Shown: positions 52,847 through 62,842, counted from the first letter of the stretch. The stretch: DNA of 64,000 nt from Flavobacteriales bacterium (GCA_013214205.1 JABSPQ010000064.1:6371-70370), one strand, 5' to 3'. The notes: generated by a model not told the origin, from the letters alone. Translations and numbers: made by a program.

Positions 52847-53682
52847 TAGTCTACATGTTGTTTTACTTTGTTCGAAAAATCCATAATAGTAATGGTCTCT
52901 TTTGCTTCTTTAACATCGTGTACCCTTAAAATATTGGCCGAATTCATCAATGAAAATGTATTTATCACAGTAGTTCCGTTTAATGCGTGTTCTGGCTGAG
53001 TATGCAGCACTTTATTAATTAAAGATTTACGAGATACACCAACTAAGATTGGCAAGTTAAAGATTTTGAAATCATCTAAATTGTTTAATATAACATAATT
53101 GTGCACAGTGTTTTTACCAAACCCCACACCTGGGTCTAGAATGATGTCGTTTACTCCCAACTTCTTTAACATTTCGATTCTCGACGAAAAGAAACTAATA
53201 ATTTCCTTTACCACATTGTTGTAGCTAGGGCTGTTTTGCATTGTTTTGGGCACACCTTGCATGTGCATCAAAATATATGGCATCTTAAGATCTGCAACCG
53301 TTTTAAACATATTCTTGTCGAGGTTACCGCCCGATATATCGTTAATCATAGCAGCACCGGCATTTACTGCAGCTCTTGCAACTTCACTTCTAAAAGTATC
53401 GATCGAAATAATTATGTCAGGGAATTTATTCACCAATAATTCAATTACTGGTACCACACGATTTATTTCTTCCTCTTGCAAAACGTCGCCTGCGTTAGGT
53501 CTCGATGAATATCCGCCTATATCAATAATCTCTGCTCCGTCGGCAAGCATTGCCTTAACTTGATCTGTTACAGTGTTGTGTTCAACAAACTTGCCTCCAT
53601 CATAGAAAGAGTCGGGAGTGATGTTTAAAATCCCCATAACCAAAGGCACTTCAAAGTTGATAAGTTTACCTCCGCAATTCAT
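52846..53682 (-). CDS. folP: dihydropteroate synthase
   Basis: Motifs VMGILNITPDSFYDGG, DIGGYSSRP, NDISGG and GVGFGK. I prefer the ATG at 53682 (MNCGGKLINF...) over the GTG at 53715. The stop overlaps the cdaA start by 1 nt. Confidence 0.9.
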   Translation of the reverse strand: MNCGGKLINFEVPLVMGILNITPDSFYDGGKFVEHNTVTDQVKAMLADGAEIIDIGGYSSRPNAGDVLQEEEINRVVPVIELLVNKFPDIIISIDTFRSEVARAAVNAGAAMINDISGGNLDKNMFKTVADLKMPYILMHMQGVPKTMQNSPSYNNVVKEIISFFSSRIEMLKKLGVNDIILDPGVGFGKNTVHNYVILNNLDDFKIFNLPILVGVSRKSLINKVLHTQPEHALNGTTVINTFSLMNSANILRVHDVKEAKETITIMDFSNKVKQHVD

Positions 53683-53763
53683 CAAATTCTTTCTCAAGAA
53701 AAATGTATCTTTCACGATGTAATTTTTTCAATTAAAAACTGCAATATTTCATAAGATTTATTC

Positions 53764-54312
53764 ATGAGCAACACTTCCGAACAATACACTTTAGTCGTTA
53801 ACAGGTGTAAAGATATTTTTTTTAAGAAGATGAAAGATTATGGAACGTCGTGGCGAATTTTAAAAGCTACTTCATTAACAGATCAAATCTTTATTAAAGC
53901 AAAGAGAATTAGCACAATACAAGAAAATAGAATTCAAAAAATTGAAGAAGATATTTCCTCAGAATATATTGGGATCATCAATTATTGTGTAATTGGGCTG
54001 ATTCAACTAGAAAAAGGGAACAAAGAAAATTTGAAATTGGGCGAAGAGGAAACCACAGAACTTTATGAACATTATATTAACGAAGCTAAATCGTTGATGG
54101 AATTAAAAAATCATGATTACGGAGAGGCGTGGAGAGACATGAGGGTAAGTTCTTTAACCGATTTGATTTTAATGAAATTACTTAGGGTAAAACAGATTGA
54201 AGATAATGAAGGAGAAACCATTATCTCCGAGGGGATTGATGCCAGCTACTACGATATTATTAATTATGCTATTTTTGCTATGATCAGGCTTAACGAGCTT
54301 ACCGAAGCATAG
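53764..54312 (+). CDS. DUF1599 domain protein
   Basis: 182 aa with two tandem units (KDYGTSWR...SLTDQIFIK and HDYGEAWRDMRVSSLTDLILMKLLR). Confidence 0.7.
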   Translation: MSNTSEQYTLVVNRCKDIFFKKMKDYGTSWRILKATSLTDQIFIKAKRISTIQENRIQKIEEDISSEYIGIINYCVIGLIQLEKGNKENLKLGEEETTELYEHYINEAKSLMELKNHDYGEAWRDMRVSSLTDLILMKLLRVKQIEDNEGETIISEGIDASYYDIINYAIFAMIRLNELTEA

Positions 54313-54341
54313 TAAAAACAACCATTTGAAATAACAAGTAA

Positions 54342-55643
54342 ATGAAGTTATTATCTCTCATATCGCGGATTCTGGTTGGATCATTGTTTGTGGTTTCTGG
54401 CCTTATTAAAGCCAACGACCCTCTGGGGTTTTCGTACAAACTAGCCGAGTATTTCTCTGAGGATGTCCTAGGGTTTACCTTCTTGGGAGAAATAGCGCTA
54501 CCATTAGCTGTATTTATTTGCGTAATAGAAATTGTTTTAGGAATTGCCTGTTTGTTTGGTGCTAAAATGAAGTTAGTGAGTACGTCGTTACTCGGAATGA
54601 TCATTTTCTTTACGTTTCTAACATGGTTTTCGGCAGAGTTCGAAAAAGTAACAGATTGCGGATGTTTTGGAGATGCACTTAGGTTAACTCCATGGGAATC
54701 GTTTAGTAAAGATTTAGTTCTGCTTGTATTTATAGCCATTATTTTCTTCGACAGAAACAACATTAGGAGCAATACGGTTGCCGAAAACAAAATGGTACTT
54801 TCTGGTTCGGTTGTACTCACAGCAATATTCTGCTTATTGGTATTAAATAACCCTTGGGCATTTCCTATTTATTTTATCGCGCTAACTTCTTTGGCGTTAA
54901 TTAGAGTTAAAACCTTTGTTAATAACGAATCGGAAGAATGGATTATGGGAGGGGTAACCACCGTTTTCAGTTTGTATTTCAGTCTTTATTGCATCAACCA
55001 TTTACCAATTAAAGATTTTAGACCATACCAAGTAGGGAAGAACATTTTAGAGCAGATGACAGTTCCTGAAGGTGCGCCAATAGATGAATATCAAACGGTT
55101 TATAAAATGAAAAGTAAATCGACTGGCGAAGTAACTGATGTAGATAGCAAGGTATATTTAACTGATAAGTTGTGGGAAAACAAAGACTTAGAAATCGTTA
55201 AAGATGCAACGGTTACTATTTTGCTTAAAGAAGGATATCACCCACCAATTCATGATTTCTTTATTTTTGATAAAGAAGGGCAAGATATTACTGCCGAAAT
55301 CCTTGCCGATGTAGAGGTGAGTTTTATGCTGGTAGCTTATCAAATACAGGATAGTGATGTTGCAGCTCAAAAAGAAATCAACGATTTAAGTGCTAAAATT
55401 TCAAATGCTGGGTACGACTTCTATGGAGTTTCAGCATCGCTTGATGATCAAATTCAGGATTTCCGACATAATAACCAGTCAATGTTTCCATACTACACAG
55501 TAGATGAAACTACATTGAAAACGATTGTTAGATCTAATCCTGGTTTATTAATGTTGAAAAAAGGAGTAATCTTAGGCAAATGGCATTGTGATGATTTACC
55601 ATCATTTGAAGAGATTGAAGAAATTAAAAAAGGAGCGAGTTGA
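54342..55643 (+). CDS. DoxX-like membrane domain fused to a soluble C-terminal domain (BT_3928-family-like)
   Basis: 433 aa with the N-terminal DoxX-type TM region LVGSLFVVSGLIKANDPLGF, a CGCFG motif, further TM helices, and a ~200-aa soluble domain. Confidence 0.6.
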   Translation: MKLLSLISRILVGSLFVVSGLIKANDPLGFSYKLAEYFSEDVLGFTFLGEIALPLAVFICVIEIVLGIACLFGAKMKLVSTSLLGMIIFFTFLTWFSAEFEKVTDCGCFGDALRLTPWESFSKDLVLLVFIAIIFFDRNNIRSNTVAENKMVLSGSVVLTAIFCLLVLNNPWAFPIYFIALTSLALIRVKTFVNNESEEWIMGGVTTVFSLYFSLYCINHLPIKDFRPYQVGKNILEQMTVPEGAPIDEYQTVYKMKSKSTGEVTDVDSKVYLTDKLWENKDLEIVKDATVTILLKEGYHPPIHDFFIFDKEGQDITAEILADVEVSFMLVAYQIQDSDVAAQKEINDLSAKISNAGYDFYGVSASLDDQIQDFRHNNQSMFPYYTVDETTLKTIVRSNPGLLMLKKGVILGKWHCDDLPSFEEIEEIKKGAS

Positions 55644-56716
55644 CGGAGTTTATATTGAGGAGGATTTTTAATGGATTCTGGGTAATGCTAGGAGTCACAA
55701 CCGTTGTGTTTTATTTATTCAACGTACTTCCAGGCGACCCAGCAAGAATGGTACTGGGCAAGCATGCAGATGCAAATCTTATTAAAATGATCAACAAGGA
55801 TCTAGGAAGAGATCAACCATTGGTTACTCAATACTTTATGTATTTGAATGATTTGTCGCCTATTTCTATTCACGAAACAGAAGACACCGATCATTACTTG
55901 TATCTAAGTGCTGAGAAATACGAATACACCAAATTGTTTTCAGTAGTGGGTACTAAAACAATTGTTTTTAAGTATCCATATATGCGACGCTCGTATATAA
56001 CCAAAAAGAAGGTATCAGTAATTATAGCAGAAAAGATGCCCAAAACTGCCATCCTGGCTATGTCTTCAATGGCAGTAGCATCATTTTTTGGCATTTTGCT
56101 AGGCATTGTTATGGCAATGAAAAAAGACTCCTTTGTAGATAAGAGTATTCTTGTGATATCTGTGTTATGTATGTCTTTACCCTCGTTTCTTGCAGGCTTA
56201 ATAATAGCTTATCTATTCGGGTATTTGTTAACCGATTATACAGGACTTGACATGCAAGGGTCGCTCTACGAAATTGATCCTTTTAATGGCGAAGTACTCG
56301 CATTACAAAACCTTATTTTACCCACCCTAACGTTGGGAATGCGACCATTAGCCGTAGTTGTGCAATTAACGCGTAACTCTATGTTAGAAGTACTCTCGAT
56401 GGATTATATCCGTACAGCATCGGCAAAAGGTTTAAGCAGATATAATGTTGTAATGAAACATGCTCTAAAAAACGCGTTAAACCCTGTAATTACTACTATA
56501 TCTGGATGGTTGGCTAGCTTAATGGCAGGTGCCATATTTGTTGAATTTATATTCAACTGGAAAGGTATGGGGCTAGAAATTGTACAAGCACTAGAAAAAA
56601 TGGACTTCCCGATAGTAATAGGTGCAACGCTCTCGTTTACATTAATATTTGTTATCGTAAACATTTTGGTAGATATCACTTACGGTATCCTCGATCCGAG
56701 AATCAGAATTAAATAA
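55640..56716 (+). CDS. ABC transporter permease (DppB/OppB type)
   Basis: 358 aa with 6 TM helices and the conserved cytoplasmic loop IRTASAKGLSRYNVVMKHALKNAL. It overlaps the upstream gene by 4 nt. No ATPase or binding protein is in this window. Confidence 0.8.
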   Translation: MTEFILRRIFNGFWVMLGVTTVVFYLFNVLPGDPARMVLGKHADANLIKMINKDLGRDQPLVTQYFMYLNDLSPISIHETEDTDHYLYLSAEKYEYTKLFSVVGTKTIVFKYPYMRRSYITKKKVSVIIAEKMPKTAILAMSSMAVASFFGILLGIVMAMKKDSFVDKSILVISVLCMSLPSFLAGLIIAYLFGYLLTDYTGLDMQGSLYEIDPFNGEVLALQNLILPTLTLGMRPLAVVVQLTRNSMLEVLSMDYIRTASAKGLSRYNVVMKHALKNALNPVITTISGWLASLMAGAIFVEFIFNWKGMGLEIVQALEKMDFPIVIGATLSFTLIFVIVNILVDITYGILDPRIRIK

Positions 56717-56729
56717 TAGATAAGCATTT

Positions 56730-57497
56730 ATGAGAAAAAAAGTTGTTGTTGGTAATTGGAAAATGAACAAAACAAAGCAAGAAGCCGTACAGTTAACAAC
56801 TGATGTTCTCGATATGTTAAACAACACTGGTTCTATTGCTTGCGATGTGGTTTTCGCACCACCATTTCCATTTATGGATTCTATCAACGATTTAATTTCA
56901 GCAAAAAATGGAATGTTTCTTGCAGCACAGGATTGTAGTAAACATGAAAAAGGAAGCTTCACAGGAGAAGTTTCAGCTAAGATTACACAATCGATGGGAG
57001 CGAATTACATAATTATAGGACATTCTGAACGAAGAGCATTCTTTAAGGAAGACAATGCAACCTTGATAGAAAAGATTACTCGGTGTACAGCCGCGCAGCT
57101 AGTTCCTATTTTTTGTTGTGGTGAAGAAGCAGCCGATAGAGAATCAGGGAAGCATTTAGAAGTGATTGAGCAACAGATTTCTGAAGTTTTGTTATGTTTT
57201 TCAGCTCAAGAACTAAACAATGTAATAATAGCCTACGAACCAGTTTGGTCTATAGGTACCGGCAATACAGCATCACCCGAAATAGCTCAGGAAATGCATC
57301 AGTTTATAAGATCGATTATTGAGAAGAAATTCGGAGAAGAATTCGCCAACAATACATCAATTTTATATGGAGGAAGTTGCAATGCAGCCAATTCAAAAGA
57401 GCTTTTTAGCAAACCTGATATTGATGGTGGCTTAATAGGAGGCGCATCTCTTGTGGCTCAGGATTTTGTAAGTATCATAAGAAACTGTGCTAACTAA
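56730..57497 (+). CDS. tpiA: triosephosphate isomerase
   Basis: 255 aa with GNWKMN, IIGHSERR, AYEPVWSIGTG and GGASL. Confidence 0.95.
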   Translation: MRKKVVVGNWKMNKTKQEAVQLTTDVLDMLNNTGSIACDVVFAPPFPFMDSINDLISAKNGMFLAAQDCSKHEKGSFTGEVSAKITQSMGANYIIIGHSERRAFFKEDNATLIEKITRCTAAQLVPIFCCGEEAADRESGKHLEVIEQQISEVLLCFSAQELNNVIIAYEPVWSIGTGNTASPEIAQEMHQFIRSIIEKKFGEEFANNTSILYGGSCNAANSKELFSKPDIDGGLIGGASLVAQDFVSIIRNCAN

Positions 57498-57557
57498 GGG
57501 TTCAAGGCAGTTTTTAGTGTTAAAATAAACAACGATACATCAGTTAATGATGATCAT

Positions 57558-60500
57558 ATGAAGAAGTTAATTAATATATCATTTTTCACCATTCTCATAA
57601 GCATGTTATGCTTTGTTGGCGAGGTGCATGCCCAAACCAAAACACTTAGAAATTTCACCCATACCCAAGGAAAGTACTTCGAAGAGCTAATGACTCTAAT
57701 GGAAGGTATTGATAAGAAGCGAGCTGAGGAGTTTGAAGATGAGTATTTAATGTTTTGGAACTCTCCTCAAATTACCCCTGAATGGAGAAAGAAAATATTT
57801 GTGATGTCGGACATGATGCTGAAGAAAAGGATGAAAGCATTTCCTGATTTTGAGAACTACCTCACAATTACACGATATTATCTATCCAACTACGCTGGCG
57901 GAATTGAAAACTTTGAAGTGTGGCACGAAATAATGGAAAGCCTACTAACAAAAAAACAAAATAAGGTTAGAGGCGCAACTATGCTTAGAGTAGGGGCGAG
58001 TTTAATAAAAGATAAAACCATATACCAATCCAAATTTATCCAGTGGAAAGTATATCCGAGAAATCAATATTATGCAATGGACCCAATTCAAAAAGTCCCG
58101 ATCATTATATTCGATACACTTAAATTAGCCTGTTACTCCAAAGGTGATAGTAGTATTATTTATCATACTGATGGTGTTTATTATCCACTTAAAGGTATTT
58201 GGAAAGGCCATGGAGGCCGCATTAGATGGTATAGAGGAGGGTTTGATACCAGTAAAGTATATGCAGATGTATTTAAGTATCAAATAAAAGTAAAATCGCC
58301 CAAGTTTAAAATCGATACCATAGCTTTTACCCACAAAAAATATTTTGCTGAGCCAATGCTTGGGAGCTTTCAGGAGAAAATCCTGCCTAACATTACCACA
58401 GCTAGGGCCGTATATCCGCAGTTCGATTCCTTTAACAAGCGGCTTAGAATCGACAATATTATTAACGATATAGATTATGATGGTGGTTTTACCATGCATG
58501 GTTCCAAGTTTATTGGATCAGGTTCTAAGAAAGAGGACGCATTTATTTTATTTAAAAGAAACGACGAATTATTTCTTAAAGTAGCTGCAAAATCATTTAT
58601 CATTCGTCCGGATAAGCTTAGTTCTAGTTTGGCATCAATAACATTTTACTATGATAAAGACTCCATTTATCATCCAGGATTGAACTTTAAATACATCAAA
58701 AAAGACAATAAAGTAACGCTTTACCGTGCACTAGAGGGGATTTCAAAAACTCCCTTTTACGATTCATATCATAAGTTAGATATACACGTAGACAACATTT
58801 TTTGGAATGTAGACGATCCAAAAATTGATTTTAAAATGATTGAATCTTCAACTGAATTCCCTGCCAAATTCGAATCGGCTAACTATTACAAGGAAGCCAA
58901 CTACTATAAAATCCAGGGCATTTCGGAAGTAAATCCGCTTTATAGGTTAATGAAATTCTGTCAAAAAGATTCCGTAATGGACTTCCCTGTTCAAAATTAT
59001 GTAGATCATTTAAGAATGGACGGAACTCAAGTTAGGGCGATGCTAATGAATCTGTCGTTTCAAGGCTTTGTTCAGTTTGACACCAAGAGAGATTATGTAT
59101 ACATAAAGGAAAAGGTGTTTGATTACGTGTACGCTAGAGCAGGTAAAATTGATTTTGATGTAATTCAAATGGGTTCTAAAATTCAAGGACGAAACAATGC
59201 CAGTATCAATCTTTTGAACTTTGATTTAGCCATTTACGGAATTATGCCTATTGCCCTGAGTGATTCTCAAAGTGTAATCATTTACCCTTATAGAAATCGA
59301 ATTTTGATGCACAAGAATAGGGATTTCGATTTTGGAGGCTTGGTTAGATTACCACGATTTGATTATCATGGAAAAAACTTTTCGTTTATATACGACAAGT
59401 TTAAATTGGAGATGCCAATTATTGATTCGCTAATAATTAGAGTGCCTAGTTTTACTAAGAATAAAAAAGGTAGATATCCTTTAAAGCAAGTTAGAACAGT
59501 TATTTCGAATATGAGTGGAGAACTGTTTATAGATAGGTTTGATAATAAATCGGGTAGGATAGATACACTACACCAATATCCCATTTTTAAGAGTACCAAA
59601 ATTTGCTATACCTATTACGACAGCAAAAAAATTCAGCGTGGAGTTTACACACGGGATAAATTTAATTTTGAACTTGATACCTTTTCAATTAATAGTTTGA
59701 ATGATTTTGAAACGGAACATTTAGCGTTAAAAGGAACTTTTCATACCGGTGGTGTATTACCTGATATTAAGCAAGAATTGATTTTGATGCCAGATTATAC
59801 ATTGGGTATTATTGTTGATTCACCCGAAGGTGGCTATCCGCTCTACGAAGGGAAAGCCAATACAAATGGAAGATTGAGAATGAGTGCAAAAGGACTTACT
59901 AATGATGGTGATTTGACTTATATTGAATCTACCACAGTTTCCAAGCAATTTATATTAATGCCCGATTCAACCGTTGCAAAAACAACGGTAAGTTTTGTAA
60001 ACGACGAATTAAGAGGAGAACCACAATACCCAAAAGTATCTGCTGGCGATATATACATGAGGTATGAGCCGGTAAAAGATTTTATGAAAATACAGAAAAA
60101 GAAAAGCGTTATCAACATGTATGATGGGGTTAAATTTTCGGATAAACCGGGTACACCTGGGACATTAGAATTAAACAGGCAAGAGATGCTCGGAGAAGGT
60201 AAAATAGAATTCTTTACATGTGTTATTACTTCAAATAAGTTTGATTTTAAACACCACGATATATTGTCTGATACTTGTGATTTCTCCCTATCAGCAAAGG
60301 ATTTCTCGGATCTTGATGATTTCTCATTTTTTAGTAAAAACGTTAATGCCGATATTAATTTTGAAACGATGGAAGCAAGGTTCTTATCCAATGGTCAAGG
60401 AACTTATTTCGACTTCCCGATTAATCAGTATAAATGTTTTATGGATAGGTTTGTTTGGTACATGGACAAACAAGAGCTTGAACTTGCTAAAAACGACCAA

Positions 60501-62042
60501 ACATCTAAAGATTTAGCTTTTGAGGAGCCTGCTTTTGTTTCGGTTCATCCAAAGCAAGATTCGCTAAAATTTGATGCTCCGCTTGCAAAGTATAGCATGA
60601 AAGATTTTATTATTAGGGCCGCACAAGTAGAGCACGTAGATGCAGCTGACTCTAGGATATTTCCTGACAGTGGTAAGGTCAACGTGTTTCCACGGGCAAA
60701 AATGGAGACTTTAAAAAACTGTAAGGTACTAACCAACACCGTTACCAAATACCATAAATTTTACGAAGCCAATATTAACATTACTGGAAGAAAGGATTTT
60801 AAAGGTGATGGCATGTATGATTATATAGATAGAGACAAAACCAAGCAACAAATATATTTCTACAACATTACACAAGACAGTTCTAAACAAACTTATGCTG
60901 AAGGTGAAATCTTTGACTCGTCAGACTTTAAATTGAGTGAAAACTATGGTTATCATGGATTGGTAAATATTGAGGCCAACGATCCTAAGCTGTATTATGA
61001 CGGTAGCTTTAGAATTTATAGTACATGCGACTCTTTAAGTCAATCATGGATCAACTTTAGATCTGAACTTGACCCTAAAAATATTTACATTCCCATTAAG
61101 GCAAATCCTATTGATAGTGGAGGATACCCGTTATCTGTTGGTTTAAACTTAACAAAAGATACTTCTATAGCCTATTCAAGTTTTCTTACACATCCGCTTA
61201 GAGACGACGATATAAATGTAATTTCTGCCGACGGTTTTATGTTCTTCGACAAAACCTCTAGAGAGTACCGAGTTGCATCAAGAGAGAAGCTAATATTCCC
61301 ATCTACACCAGGAAATTGGGTAAGTCTTAAAAACAACAAATGCTTGGTTACCCATAAAGGAAAAATAAACTTTGGAGCCGATTTAGGAGCGTTAAAAGTT
61401 GAAGCAGCAGGAAACATTGTCCATAATTTGGAGAAAAATACAATCAAAATGGATATGATGGTGGCGATAGACTTTTTCTTCAATGATAACGCGTTAAAAC
61501 TCTTAGCTGAAGACTTAATAGAAGACGATGGACTGAGCTTACATAATTTCGAAAGAAAAGTATACGAAGAAGCACTAAGCGAGTTTAATGGAAAAGAAGA
61601 TGGGGATAAGTTAATTGAGCAAGTTACATTAGATGGGATGTTTAAAAGAGTGCCAGATGCCTTAAACAAATCAATTGTACTAAACGATGTAAAAATGGTT
61701 TGGGATGATGAAACGCATACTTACAAATCAACTGGACAGCTAGGTGTGAGTAACATTCTAAAAAAACAAGTGAACAGAATGGTAAATGGGAAAATGGAAA
61801 TTGAAAAGAAAAAGCGCAATGATAAATTACACTTGTACATGGAACTTACAGATGGATCATGGTACTATTTCTTTTATCGAAATGGTGTATTTCAAACAAT
61901 TTCTTCCAATATAGCCTACAATAAAATAATTCAGGAAATGAAGCCAGAGGATAGGAAATTAAAGACAAAACGTAAAGAAAAAGAATTTAACTTCACATTG
62001 TGTTCAGAACGAATTAAAACTAAGTTTCTAGCCAATTTCTAA
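57558..62042 (+). CDS. 1494-aa secreted protein of unknown function
   Basis: Uninterrupted 4.5-kb ORF with signal peptide MKKLINISFFTILISMLCFVGEVHAQ. I see no later TM helix, no T9SS sorting domain, and no recognisable catalytic or repeat motif. Confidence 0.75.
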   Translation: MKKLINISFFTILISMLCFVGEVHAQTKTLRNFTHTQGKYFEELMTLMEGIDKKRAEEFEDEYLMFWNSPQITPEWRKKIFVMSDMMLKKRMKAFPDFENYLTITRYYLSNYAGGIENFEVWHEIMESLLTKKQNKVRGATMLRVGASLIKDKTIYQSKFIQWKVYPRNQYYAMDPIQKVPIIIFDTLKLACYSKGDSSIIYHTDGVYYPLKGIWKGHGGRIRWYRGGFDTSKVYADVFKYQIKVKSPKFKIDTIAFTHKKYFAEPMLGSFQEKILPNITTARAVYPQFDSFNKRLRIDNIINDIDYDGGFTMHGSKFIGSGSKKEDAFILFKRNDELFLKVAAKSFIIRPDKLSSSLASITFYYDKDSIYHPGLNFKYIKKDNKVTLYRALEGISKTPFYDSYHKLDIHVDNIFWNVDDPKIDFKMIESSTEFPAKFESANYYKEANYYKIQGISEVNPLYRLMKFCQKDSVMDFPVQNYVDHLRMDGTQVRAMLMNLSFQGFVQFDTKRDYVYIKEKVFDYVYARAGKIDFDVIQMGSKIQGRNNASINLLNFDLAIYGIMPIALSDSQSVIIYPYRNRILMHKNRDFDFGGLVRLPRFDYHGKNFSFIYDKFKLEMPIIDSLIIRVPSFTKNKKGRYPLKQVRTVISNMSGELFIDRFDNKSGRIDTLHQYPIFKSTKICYTYYDSKKIQRGVYTRDKFNFELDTFSINSLNDFETEHLALKGTFHTGGVLPDIKQELILMPDYTLGIIVDSPEGGYPLYEGKANTNGRLRMSAKGLTNDGDLTYIESTTVSKQFILMPDSTVAKTTVSFVNDELRGEPQYPKVSAGDIYMRYEPVKDFMKIQKKKSVINMYDGVKFSDKPGTPGTLELNRQEMLGEGKIEFFTCVITSNKFDFKHHDILSDTCDFSLSAKDFSDLDDFSFFSKNVNADINFETMEARFLSNGQGTYFDFPINQYKCFMDRFVWYMDKQELELAKNDQTSKDLAFEEPAFVSVHPKQDSLKFDAPLAKYSMKDFIIRAAQVEHVDAADSRIFPDSGKVNVFPRAKMETLKNCKVLTNTVTKYHKFYEANINITGRKDFKGDGMYDYIDRDKTKQQIYFYNITQDSSKQTYAEGEIFDSSDFKLSENYGYHGLVNIEANDPKLYYDGSFRIYSTCDSLSQSWINFRSELDPKNIYIPIKANPIDSGGYPLSVGLNLTKDTSIAYSSFLTHPLRDDDINVISADGFMFFDKTSREYRVASREKLIFPSTPGNWVSLKNNKCLVTHKGKINFGADLGALKVEAAGNIVHNLEKNTIKMDMMVAIDFFFNDNALKLLAEDLIEDDGLSLHNFERKVYEEALSEFNGKEDGDKLIEQVTLDGMFKRVPDALNKSIVLNDVKMVWDDETHTYKSTGQLGVSNILKKQVNRMVNGKMEIEKKKRNDKLHLYMELTDGSWYYFFYRNGVFQTISSNIAYNKIIQEMKPEDRKLKTKRKEKEFNFTLCSERIKTKFLANF

Positions 62043-62048
62043 ATTCTC

Positions 62049-62056
62049 TATATTTG
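62049..62056 (+). promoter_or_regulatory. candidate -7 box TATATTTG for plsY
   Basis: Matches TAnnTTTG and ends 5 nt before the plsY ATG (62062). Confidence 0.35.
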
Positions 62057-62061
62057 TTCCA

Positions 62062-62703
62062 ATGGATCAAGCGATCAATTTCTGGTTTCTCCTATTTGCT
62101 TATTTAATAGGATCTATTCCCACCTCTGTTTGGTTGGGCAAAGCCTTTTACGGTGTAGATGTTAGAGAATACGGCAGTGGAAACAGTGGAGCAACAAATA
62201 CATTTAGGGTTTTAGGCAAAAACTTAGGTATCCCTGTTTTGTTTATCGACATACTTAAAGGCTGGGTAGCAGTTAAACTAGGTACATTCGCATTAGAAAT
62301 GCCCCAAGAAAATCAATTGGTCAACTTTCAATTACTATTAGGCCTAATTGCACTTACAGGTCATATTTTCCCAATTTATGTAGGCTTTAGAGGAGGAAAA
62401 GGTATTGCAACACTCCTTGGTTTGGTAATAGCAATACATCCTGTAGCCGCAATTATTTCATTGTCTGTTTTCCTATTAGTTTTATTCACAACAAAATACG
62501 TGTCTCTTAGCTCAATAATGGGCACTTTATTCTTCCCAATCAGTGTAATTGCCATCTTTAAAGAGCTAGTTCCTTCACTAGTTATTTTTTCATTATTGGT
62601 TCCTGTCTTAGTAATCGTTACTCATACTAAAAATATCAAACGACTTATTAATCGAGAAGAATCAAAGGTGGTTTTTAGCAAGGGAAAAGACGTAGATAAG
62701 TAA
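62062..62703 (+). CDS. plsY: glycerol-3-phosphate acyltransferase PlsY
   Basis: 213 aa, polytopic, with motifs GSIPTS, SGNSGATN and FRGGKG. Confidence 0.93.
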   Translation: MDQAINFWFLLFAYLIGSIPTSVWLGKAFYGVDVREYGSGNSGATNTFRVLGKNLGIPVLFIDILKGWVAVKLGTFALEMPQENQLVNFQLLLGLIALTGHIFPIYVGFRGGKGIATLLGLVIAIHPVAAIISLSVFLLVLFTTKYVSLSSIMGTLFFPISVIAIFKELVPSLVIFSLLVPVLVIVTHTKNIKRLINREESKVVFSKGKDVDK

Positions 62704-62842
62704 CTGATATTTAGAGCGAATAAAACACCAAATTCCCTTCTTGTTTATTCTGCGAACAAAAATTGTATTTTTACGTATACGAACAGATTTATTAGCGTAT
62801 TTTGAGTTTGGTAGGAGGTTATTATGATTAACTGCTGAATTT

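Noticed and set aside
54299-54820. 173-aa minus-strand ORF.
   Set aside because: It is antisense to the 5' part of the DoxX-like gene, which has a clear TM and DoxX pattern. The ORF has no motif and is a shadow ORF.
58125-61669. Three minus-strand ORFs (58125-58499, 59918-60391, 61172-61669) of 124-165 aa.
   Set aside because: All are antisense inside the uninterrupted 4.5-kb plus-strand ORF. Their Ser/Leu/Phe/Ile-rich composition is typical of antisense frames, and there are no signals or motifs.
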